The notes under the pieces were generated by a model. It was given only the letters and a program-made list of their open reading frames with translations, was not told the DNA's origin and searched no databases. A DNA stretch of 64,000 bases from an uncultured Candidatus Poseidoniales archaeon (lineage in GTDB: Archaea > Thermoplasmatota > Poseidoniia > Poseidoniales > Thalassarchaeaceae), in the NCBI GenBank assembly GCA_902625325.1, contig CACOAW010000003.1:19097-83096 (forward strand), read 5' to 3'. This document shows positions 35,652 to 43,652 of the stretch, piece after piece; position 1 is the stretch's first letter; each line of letters opens with the position of its first letter. A program made the position numbers and the translations under genes.

Positions 35652-35837
35652 ATGGCGAGCAAGGCAACACCAAAGTCAAAAACCCAATACCTAACTGTTG
35701 GAGCAGAGACTACAGGACGTTTAGACAGTAGAGTGAATCTTAAACTGAGTGAGGGTTGGAAAGTTAACGGACCCCTGATTGTTGTTGGAGCCGCTCCAGG
35801 GCAATACTTCTACCAGACAATGATTATGGGCAGATAA
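35652..35837 (+). CDS. small DUF1737-like protein (copy 1)
   Basis: 61 aa. LDSRVNLKLSEGWKVNGPLIVVG....YFYQTMIMG fits the pattern (helix)-GW-x-P/V-x-G...Y-x-Q-x-M. It is a paralogue of 42273..42473. Confidence 0.45.
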   Translation: MASKATPKSKTQYLTVGAETTGRLDSRVNLKLSEGWKVNGPLIVVGAAPGQYFYQTMIMGR

Positions 35838-35882
35838 TAAATTCCCTCTCTTTGTGGTAATTTAATTGGAAGGAATTAGATA

Positions 35883-36680
35883 ATGAAATGGACTTTCGGA
35901 ATTATCACTTCTGGAAATTCTCATCAGAGCATCTTCAATATCCATAGATCTATCCTAATGCAAGGCATAGATGATGATTACGAAATAATTGTTGTCGGCG
36001 GCCAGCCAATTGATATTGAAGGGGTATCTCACTTTGAGTTCGATGAATCAATTAAGCCAGGATGGATAACAAAAAAGAAGAACATCATTGCTCAGAATGC
36101 GAGTTTTGAGAATATCTGTATGCTTCATGATTATGTTTACTTATTGGAGGGTTGGTATGAAAATTTCTGTGAGTTTGGAAGTAACTGGGATGTTTGTATG
36201 AACTCAATCGTGAACATGGATGGACAGAGGTTCAGAGATTGGGTCACTGGAACTAGATTTTGCCAGGAAAAAGATATCGTTTTCCTAGATTATGATGATC
36301 ATAGCAGAACCAGTCAGATGTATGTATCGGGGACTTATTTTTGTGTAAAGAGAGATTTTCTTATTGAAAATCCAATCGATGAAGAATTAGCATGGGGCCA
36401 AGGTGAGGATGTGGAATGGTCAGAGAGAATTCTGCATCTAGGCAATTGTAATTACAAATGTAATCCAAACTCCAAGGTCTCTCTGATGAAATTGAAGCCA
36501 AATATACATTGGTACAAGCCATTGAACAAGAGAGCAAGAGAAAAATGGGGAAGGGAAAATGGAATTATTAGTGAGGACTATACGGGGAAGAATATGAGAC
36601 AACTCAAAGATATATTGAGATTCAGGGGGTTACCAGTCAGTGGAAGGAAAAGTGAATTGATATCCAGACTACAGAGTTAG
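35883..36680 (+). CDS. GT-A-like putative glycosyltransferase with C-terminal SAP/HeH motif
   Basis: N-terminal WTFGIITSGNS...YEIIVVGG, HDY, and GQGEDVEWSERI (an ED-x-E/D-W motif common in GT-A enzymes). The last ~29 aa, MRQLKDILRFRGLPVSGRKSELISRLQS, match the SAP consensus. Confidence 0.5.
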   Translation: MKWTFGIITSGNSHQSIFNIHRSILMQGIDDDYEIIVVGGQPIDIEGVSHFEFDESIKPGWITKKKNIIAQNASFENICMLHDYVYLLEGWYENFCEFGSNWDVCMNSIVNMDGQRFRDWVTGTRFCQEKDIVFLDYDDHSRTSQMYVSGTYFCVKRDFLIENPIDEELAWGQGEDVEWSERILHLGNCNYKCNPNSKVSLMKLKPNIHWYKPLNKRAREKWGRENGIISEDYTGKNMRQLKDILRFRGLPVSGRKSELISRLQS

Positions 36681-36694
36681 CAGGAGAAATATAA

Positions 36695-38062
36695 ATGGAT
36701 AAACTAGTAATTTTTGATTTAGATGGCGTTTTGATAAATAGTAGGGAGATGCATTTTCATGCATTAAATTCGGCCCTTTCCATTGTTGGAAAAGAATTTG
36801 AAATTGGTTGGGAAGAGCACTTGAGCACATATGATGGCTTACCAACAACAAGAAAACTTGAGATGTTAGCTGAAAATAAGAGCCTCCCTAGGTCTTCTTT
36901 CCAATCAGTTTGGGAGAATAAACAGAAAGCTACAATTGAAATGTTCAATAAACTGGATAAAGACCAAGAACTGATAGGTTTTTTTGAGACTTTATCCAAG
37001 CTTGGGATAAGAATAGCAGTAGCTAGCAACAGTATTAGGAATACCGTTAAGATAATCCTTCTCAGGTTGGGGCTTCTGGAGTTTGTTGATTTCTTTGCAA
37101 GCAATGAAGATGTTTCCCTCAAGAAACCACATCCTGAGATGTACTGGAAATGTATGGTTGCCTGTAACACAATTCCACGATTGACCGTAATTATTGAAGA
37201 TAGCCACATCGGTAGGAGGGGTGCGATTGATTCTGGGGCTCATCTAGTTGCAGTTGAGAATAGGGACGATTTAGGAAAACAAAAAGTTGAGAGAACCATC
37301 GCAATTCTAGATTCCCAGTCCAATGAGTCTGATGTACCATGGAGATCCGAGAAAATGAATGTTCTAATCCCTATGGCCGGGGCAGGAAGTAGATTCTCAA
37401 AGGCAGGATATACGTTCCCAAAGCCACTGATAGAAGTCAGAGGTAAACCAATGATTCAGGTTGTGGTGGAGAATTTGAATATAGAGGCCAACTACATATT
37501 TATAGTTCAGAAAGAACACTATGACCGGTACTCTTTGCAAATGCTTTTGAATCTAATATCTGATAATTGCACGATAGTCCAAGTCGATGAACTAACTGAA
37601 GGAGCTGCTTGTACGACATTACTTGCTAAGGAATACATAGACAATGACGCCCCTTTGTTGATTGCAAACAGTGATCAGTTTATTGACTGGAATAGCAACG
37701 AGTGCCTGTATGCATTTAGCGCGGATGGGATAGATGGGGGAATATTGACTTTCAAATCAACACATCCAAAGTGGAGCTATGCGAAATTGGACTCAGATGG
37801 TTTTGTTACTGAGGTTGCCGAGAAAAGGCCAATTAGTGATAATGCTACGGTGGGAATTTACTATTGGAAGAGAGGTTCTGATTATGTCAATTATGCCGAA
37901 GAAATGATTTCTAATGACATAAGGGTAAACAATGAATTCTACGTTTGTCCGGTCTACAACCAGGCAATTGAAGATGGTAAGAAAATTAGGATTAAGCATG
38001 TAGATGGGATGTGGGGCCTCGGAACTCCAGAAGACTTGAATTATTTCCTCGACAGAAAATAA
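36695..38062 (+). CDS. fusion protein: HAD (beta-phosphoglucomutase-like) domain + sugar-phosphate nucleotidylyltransferase domain
   Basis: HAD motifs VIFDLDGVLINS, VASNS and IIEDSHIGRRGA. After ~220 aa comes VLIPMAGAGSRFSKAGYTFPKPLIEVRGKPMI (NTP_transferase signature). Confidence 0.7.
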   Translation: MDKLVIFDLDGVLINSREMHFHALNSALSIVGKEFEIGWEEHLSTYDGLPTTRKLEMLAENKSLPRSSFQSVWENKQKATIEMFNKLDKDQELIGFFETLSKLGIRIAVASNSIRNTVKIILLRLGLLEFVDFFASNEDVSLKKPHPEMYWKCMVACNTIPRLTVIIEDSHIGRRGAIDSGAHLVAVENRDDLGKQKVERTIAILDSQSNESDVPWRSEKMNVLIPMAGAGSRFSKAGYTFPKPLIEVRGKPMIQVVVENLNIEANYIFIVQKEHYDRYSLQMLLNLISDNCTIVQVDELTEGAACTTLLAKEYIDNDAPLLIANSDQFIDWNSNECLYAFSADGIDGGILTFKSTHPKWSYAKLDSDGFVTEVAEKRPISDNATVGIYYWKRGSDYVNYAEEMISNDIRVNNEFYVCPVYNQAIEDGKKIRIKHVDGMWGLGTPEDLNYFLDRK

Positions 38063-38081
38063 AAAATATGCTGGTTATTTT

Positions 38082-38552
38082 ATGAAAATTATATCCCATA
38101 GAGGAAATTTGGAAGGGCCGGAACCAGATTTTGAAAACAATCCAGAAAGAATAGATTTCTGTATTTCCCGAGGGTTCGACGTAGAAATAGATCTTTGGGT
38201 AGATGAAAAATCAGGGAAGATCCTCCTAGGACATGATTACGGTGACACAGAGGTAGACATAGAATGGCTCTCAGATAGAAGTAATAAATTATGGATTCAT
38301 TGCAAAAACTACTCCGCACTTTTTCTCCTATCTAACAATCATGAAGAATTCAATTTCTTTTGGCATGACAGAGATGATTATACTCTGACTAGCAGAGGTT
38401 ATATTTGGGCCTATCCTGGAAAGGATATTGGACCAAATTGTATTATTGTTATGCCGGAATGGGATAATGAAATTGCTGATGGATTTATTCACCCATCATG
38501 CTTAGGGATTTGTACAGACTATCCAGAGAAAATATCGGAGATGAAGGATTGA
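38082..38552 (+). CDS. compact glycerophosphodiester-phosphodiesterase-like (GDPD-fold) protein
   Basis: KIISHRGN...ENNPERIDFCISRGFDVEIDLW....LGHD, and C-terminal GICTDYPEKI resembles GDPD termini. At 156 aa it is shorter than classical GDPD. Confidence 0.45.
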   Translation: MKIISHRGNLEGPEPDFENNPERIDFCISRGFDVEIDLWVDEKSGKILLGHDYGDTEVDIEWLSDRSNKLWIHCKNYSALFLLSNNHEEFNFFWHDRDDYTLTSRGYIWAYPGKDIGPNCIIVMPEWDNEIADGFIHPSCLGICTDYPEKISEMKD

Positions 38553-38587
38553 GTAGCCAAAACCATCAGAAATTCTCCCTATCAGAA

Positions 38588-38884
38588 ATGGTTAGAGGTT
38601 GGTTCATTGGTGATTTTGACCCCTCAGTAATTAGGACTCCAGATTTCGAAGTTGCTGTTCAGAATTTTTCAGCTGGAGAAAAGGAAACTAAACATGTTCA
38701 CAAGATCGCCACTGAAGTTACCGTCATCGTATCAGGAGAATGTACGATGAATGAGGTGGATTACTCTTCAGGCGATATCGTCCTAATTTCACCTGGCAGT
38801 CCGAATCAATTCTCAGCCATTACAGATGTAGTAACCGTAGTGGTGAAAATTCCGAGTTTAGCTGGTGACAAGTATCTACTTTAG
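38588..38884 (+). CDS. cupin-domain protein
   Basis: GEKETKHVHKIATEVTVIVSGECTMNE..YSSGDIVLISPG is the two-motif cupin pattern. An alternative TTG start at 38549 overlaps the upstream stop. Confidence 0.55.
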   Translation: MVRGWFIGDFDPSVIRTPDFEVAVQNFSAGEKETKHVHKIATEVTVIVSGECTMNEVDYSSGDIVLISPGSPNQFSAITDVVTVVVKIPSLAGDKYLL

Positions 38885-38936
38885 ACCATCACATTCAATA
38901 GAAGTTCTGATTAATATCCCACGAATCCAAAAAAAT

Positions 38937-40055
38937 ATGGGAGCGCAAAAATATGTGGTCTGCAAGGGATATTACGGTCTAGGAGGAAATATCGCCGTCC
39001 TTCTCTGTGCAAAAAGAGTATCCGAAATTTTGGACAGAAAATTATTGGTAGACTGGCGTGAAAATCGGAATTATGGACTATCTGACTCTGATATTTTCCA
39101 AGACCTTTTTTCGTCAGATGAAATCCTTTCTTTCGACCCTTCTTTTGGAGAGGGATCAGTATGGCCAGAGTATTGGAAACCGTTCATAGGTAGGACGCAA
39201 CCTTATTCTAGCGATTTCCCTCTCACCACAGTGAGGTCGTCCGATATCGAAGAAATACCTCGCGATGAATTGAATAAATTCGATCTAATTGTCATTACTC
39301 GGGATGACAAATATTGGCATAGTCACGAATATTTGGAGGAATTCTCTCAAATTTCCAGATGTTTATCGCCAAATTCTGAAATTTTGAAGACTATAGATAA
39401 TTTCGAGAAAGAGAATTTCTCTGATCATACAGTTGGAATACATTTCCGTCATGGAAACGGAGAAAAAACCGTTGTTCCACCCGATATTAACTGGTTTTTC
39501 GAGAAAATTGAATCTATTTATGGCTCCAAAAAGGATTTCCGAGTCTTCCTTTGCACTGATTGCTCTGCTGTGGTTTCCCGGTTTGAAGAGAAATATCCAG
39601 GATTAGTTATCCATACTGAAAAGTTCTATCCTCCACTAGGATCAGGCGGTATGCATTATGCAAAAGGAGATGAGGCAAAGATGAGTAGTGCGATAGAAGC
39701 CATAATCGACATTTGGCTGCTTTCTCGTTGTTCTCGTCTAATCGGTTCCAAGAGTTTTTTCTCTAGGCTAGCAGTAATTCTGGGACAATCTAGAAATCTA
39801 ATCGAACACTTCATCTGGAATCCCATTCACAGGAGCCATAAACCACTTGAAGGACATATCGAAATCAGTGAGGATGATGAAATCCTCCGTCTCTTTTCTA
39901 GTAATTTGATTCCAATAGATGGCATTTATTTCACTGAGAGCGGGAACGAGAAAGAACTCTATTACTTGTTTACAAAAATCGCCACATTCAGCGATAGAAA
40001 TCCTTTGGATATCGAGATAGTTCGTTCAGGATTACTCAGGAATCGTCTATACTAG
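38937..40055 (+). CDS. NodZ-like (GT23 family) fucosyltransferase
   Basis: Collinear with rhizobial NodZ as I remember it: KYVVCKGYYGLGGNIAVLLCAKRVSEILDRKLLVDW, VGIHFRHGNGE, FRVFLCTDCSAVVSRF, IIDIWLLSRCSRLIGSKSFFSRLA. Confidence 0.7.
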   Translation: MGAQKYVVCKGYYGLGGNIAVLLCAKRVSEILDRKLLVDWRENRNYGLSDSDIFQDLFSSDEILSFDPSFGEGSVWPEYWKPFIGRTQPYSSDFPLTTVRSSDIEEIPRDELNKFDLIVITRDDKYWHSHEYLEEFSQISRCLSPNSEILKTIDNFEKENFSDHTVGIHFRHGNGEKTVVPPDINWFFEKIESIYGSKKDFRVFLCTDCSAVVSRFEEKYPGLVIHTEKFYPPLGSGGMHYAKGDEAKMSSAIEAIIDIWLLSRCSRLIGSKSFFSRLAVILGQSRNLIEHFIWNPIHRSHKPLEGHIEISEDDEILRLFSSNLIPIDGIYFTESGNEKELYYLFTKIATFSDRNPLDIEIVRSGLLRNRLY

Positions 40056-41070
40056 TATTTTCTATTAGCTCAGAGTAAATCTCTCCAAATTTTATTTTCG
40101 CCCTTTCAATTGAGTATTTTTCAGCCAATTTACTCAATTCTTCGTTCAATAAAACATATTGTTCCGACCCAGAAATTTCAATAATCCTCCTTGCCCAATC
40201 ACCCGGTCTATCAAGAGGGACTACCAATTTCTCAATTCCAATTGTTTGGGAACTAGCAGGAGAAACTATACATGGTATACGGTTAACAATGCATTCAATA
40301 ACAACCATTGATGAACCTTCGTATTCACTTGGAACGAGTACGAAATCAACCTCTTTGAGTATGGCTCTTTTATCATTCTCACTAATCCAACCAAGAGCTT
40401 TGACTGAGTCTTGTAATTTGAAAGATTTAGGAATTCTTGAAATCCCAGTCATCGTTAAAGTAGATTTTTTTCCCATTTCTTCCAACGAGGTAATAATTTC
40501 CAGTGCAAAATTATGCCCCTTAATCCTTGAATTCCTTGCCGCCAATAATAGACTGATATTTTCTTTGCACTCTTTATTCTCCCTTTTTACTGTCCTTTTT
40601 GATGAATTCAGGACAACTTGGGCATCATCAGGAATCCATGTTTTCAACCTCTCAATCCATCTTTCCTCTAGTAATACTACTTTGATACCATTTCTATTTA
40701 GAGTTCTTGAAACTGATTTCCCTGCAACTCCCTTACAGAAAACATCAAACATCCCTGAATGGATATGAACTACCACAGGTATTCCATTTTTGTGACACAT
40801 TTCAATAAATATTTTTTTTCTCCACCAACTTAACGAGTGGGTAACATGTATGTGAGCAATGTCAATTTCGTTACATCGAATTAGATTAATTAACTTCTTT
40901 CTCGCCTTTAGGAATTCTCTAAACTTGGCAATTAAACCCGAATCCGAGTGCGTGGAAATCTCATTCGATGACCATCCATCTGGAGGGTTTTCAACCAGTA
41001 TCGAAATTACTGAGGACATCCCTCCCTTGCTTTCCGAAGGCCCCAAATGGACCACCTTTTTCTCCGACAA
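40036..41070 (-). CDS. GT4 (GT-B) glycosyltransferase
   Basis: VVHLGPSESKGGMSSV N-terminus. C-terminal VLVPSEYEGSSMVVIECIVNRIPCIVS corresponds to the EX7E region. Confidence 0.8.
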   Translation of the reverse strand: MSEKKVVHLGPSESKGGMSSVISILVENPPDGWSSNEISTHSDSGLIAKFREFLKARKKLINLIRCNEIDIAHIHVTHSLSWWRKKIFIEMCHKNGIPVVVHIHSGMFDVFCKGVAGKSVSRTLNRNGIKVVLLEERWIERLKTWIPDDAQVVLNSSKRTVKRENKECKENISLLLAARNSRIKGHNFALEIITSLEEMGKKSTLTMTGISRIPKSFKLQDSVKALGWISENDKRAILKEVDFVLVPSEYEGSSMVVIECIVNRIPCIVSPASSQTIGIEKLVVPLDRPGDWARRIIEISGSEQYVLLNEELSKLAEKYSIERAKIKFGEIYSELIENTSIDDS

Positions 41071-41099
41071 ACTCTATACCAACTCGCGCCTTCTTCTGA

Positions 41100-42227
41100 G
41101 TGCTGATTATTGTGGCATCATTAGGTGTTTTTTGGTTTTCAGGTGTTATTCTGTTTTTTCTTTCCGTGTTTCCACCTTGGTTACATTATTCAAGAATGAG
41201 AAAAATTGACAATCCTCATTACGATAGAAAGTCTCCAAAATATGAACTCTCATTAACAATCTTCTTACCAATGAAAAATGAAGGAAAAAATGTAGTCAGG
41301 AAAATCAATGAAGTACTATCAATGGATCGTCCGACTTCGGACTTAAGATTGCTAATAGTAGATTCCGGTTCCAATGACGGTACTGCTGATTTGGCCAAGC
41401 AACATCTTGAGAAAATCGATGATGAAATTTCTTGGCGGGTAATTTCTCTCAGTCGCTCAGGAAAGTCAGTAGCGGTCAATCACGCTTTAGAAATAATTGA
41501 AACTGACATTATGATAATGATGGATGCCGACGCTTTTTCTCCCAGTGACTCTCTCGTTAAGTTATACAATCATTTCTCAGATAAACAAATTGGCGCAGTC
41601 TGTGGTAAATTTTCTCCACCATCTAGTATTCTTGGAGGAGAATATAGAAAGAGATTCAATACAATTAGGACGGGGGAGTCCGTAATCTGGGCTACACCAA
41701 TCCTTGAAGGATCGATTTGCGCTTTTCGTATTTCTTCGATAGGCGATAACAGGATCAATGACGAAATCAATGCAGACGACTCGCAACTATCCATGATTAT
41801 AATTTCAAATGGCTTCAGAACAATCATGGATCCGGAAATTCGATTTAATGAAGGAGGGGTTAGTCAACCAACCAGGAAGAGACTGGTCAGAAGGGGGCAA
41901 GGCCTAATCAGGGCAATTAATCAACATAAAGGAAATGATTTTTCTACAAAAGAATTCAAACCAATCTTCTACCATTCATATTATTTCTATACGATCATGC
42001 CTTTGCTCGTTTCATTTTCAATTATATTATTTATTTCTTCTTCTATCTCTTACTCCATAAATTATGAGTCAGATGTCGGCAACTACTCTATTTTGACGTT
42101 AGCCTTATTTTCTCTTTCACGAACATGCAGAGATTTCGTTGTTGGAATCTCGATTCTTCTAGAATCGCAAATTAGACTGATTTTTGGTCAGAAATTACAA
42201 AATTGGGACACTGATAGAAAATCGTAG
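41100..42227 (+). CDS. membrane-bound GT2 glycosyltransferase
   Basis: N-terminal TM; LSLTIFLPMKNEG, LIVDSGSNDGT and MMDADAF (DxD). The C-terminal part has several TM helices. GTG start. Confidence 0.75.
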   Translation: MLIIVASLGVFWFSGVILFFLSVFPPWLHYSRMRKIDNPHYDRKSPKYELSLTIFLPMKNEGKNVVRKINEVLSMDRPTSDLRLLIVDSGSNDGTADLAKQHLEKIDDEISWRVISLSRSGKSVAVNHALEIIETDIMIMMDADAFSPSDSLVKLYNHFSDKQIGAVCGKFSPPSSILGGEYRKRFNTIRTGESVIWATPILEGSICAFRISSIGDNRINDEINADDSQLSMIIISNGFRTIMDPEIRFNEGGVSQPTRKRLVRRGQGLIRAINQHKGNDFSTKEFKPIFYHSYYFYTIMPLLVSFSIILFISSSISYSINYESDVGNYSILTLALFSLSRTCRDFVVGISILLESQIRLIFGQKLQNWDTDRKS

Positions 42228-42272
42228 CATTTTTCCCGGTAAGGAAATATACTTGATATGCTATGATAAACT

Positions 42273-42473
42273 ATGCCAGAAGACAGCGAAGACGAATTGG
42301 ATCAGGGATATATCATTGTCAGAAGCGCCTCTAACGTGCTTGCATCTGCTTCGAATAAGCTTAGTACTTGGGTGACAATGAAGATGGAGAATGGTTGGAA
42401 TCCTCACGGGACGCCGCAAATCCACCATGACGGAGAAAAATTCTACATTATCCAAGCCATGATTAAATCATAA
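42273..42473 (+). CDS. small DUF1737-like protein (copy 2)
   Basis: 66 aa. LSTWVTMKMENGWNPHGTPQIHHDGEKFYIIQAMIK has the same pattern as 35652..35837. Confidence 0.45.
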   Translation: MPEDSEDELDQGYIIVRSASNVLASASNKLSTWVTMKMENGWNPHGTPQIHHDGEKFYIIQAMIKS

Positions 42474-42478
42474 TCCCT

Positions 42479-43555
42479 TTATTTTCTTAGCGCATTGATC
42501 ATTCTGATTGAAACGCCTTTCCAAGTGAGTGATTTAGAATACTTTCGAGCAGAATCTACGATTTCACCCCAATCTTCCGAGCTTAAAGAGGATAGAATTG
42601 AAACGCTCTTTACTTCCCAATCATTTTTACTGAGTAGAATACAAGCTTCCTCAATTTTACTACCATTACCCGGGTGTCTGGGACCAATAATTGCCAGTCC
42701 TGAGGACAAATACTCTGCCAATTTAAGTGGGCTGGCAATTCTCCAAATTGGTAAATCAGGCATTGTCATTATTCCAACATGACAAATGGATAGGATTTTT
42801 CCAACTTCTAACTGGGGAATCTTTCCATGATATATCAGTCGGTTATCCCTACGACTCAACTTCTCAATTTTCTTTTCAATATCTCCCTCTCCGCAGATAT
42901 TTATCTCAAATTCTAAACCTTGCTTTTCCAACTCGCTAGATAGTTTCTCGATACTCATTAACCCTCTTCTTTTATCTATTCTACCAATGTATGCCAGTGA
43001 AATTTTCTCCATTGGATCTGGCTTATGTATAATGGTATTTTCTTGACACGTTCCAGCTGGAAGAATTTCATGATTCAAGGATATCCCTGCGTATTCCTCT
43101 ACAAAATTTGCATGTTCTTCGGAAACAACAAATCCCCCCGATGCACTATTTTCTGCGATTTCCCATGCACGTTTCCAATACCACTTTTGAAAACGTTTTA
43201 GAATTCCAGGATATGCTGGAGGGCCTCTATCAATGATGAACCATGATTTCTCAAGCTCTGAGATTATTTTTCTAATTGGGTATACATACCTCCAATCAAT
43301 GATAACTACATCGAATTTATTCAAATCCATTCCACTAATTTTCTTATGTATTTCATTAGCCGAAGATAATGTCTCAAGTCCTGGAATTTTTAATTTCTCT
43401 AGGCTAATATGGCTATAATTTTCACCAATATATCTTCCCGGACTCATTAATGTCACTTCAGCCCCATTTTCCCCCATTGAAGTAGCCAGATAGTGTTCCG
43501 TTGTCCCAGCAAGATCAGAACCTATTTCTCTTCCACTGATCCACAATACTCGCAC
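42479..43555 (-). CDS. GT4-like (GT-B) glycosyltransferase
   Basis: MRVLWISG..., YIGRIDKRRG, ICGEGD, HGKIPQLEV, SPLKLAEYLSSGLAIIGP. Confidence 0.65.
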   Translation of the reverse strand: MRVLWISGREIGSDLAGTTEHYLATSMGENGAEVTLMSPGRYIGENYSHISLEKLKIPGLETLSSANEIHKKISGMDLNKFDVVIIDWRYVYPIRKIISELEKSWFIIDRGPPAYPGILKRFQKWYWKRAWEIAENSASGGFVVSEEHANFVEEYAGISLNHEILPAGTCQENTIIHKPDPMEKISLAYIGRIDKRRGLMSIEKLSSELEKQGLEFEINICGEGDIEKKIEKLSRRDNRLIYHGKIPQLEVGKILSICHVGIMTMPDLPIWRIASPLKLAEYLSSGLAIIGPRHPGNGSKIEEACILLSKNDWEVKSVSILSSLSSEDWGEIVDSARKYSKSLTWKGVSIRMINALRK

Positions 43556-43652
43556 GCATTGCCGTCAGGTTTCCGGCTTATCATCAATCTCATTGCCAGA
43601 TTTATTTTCAAAACGTCAAACCCTTTTTCCCCTGAATATATTCGGAGACACG

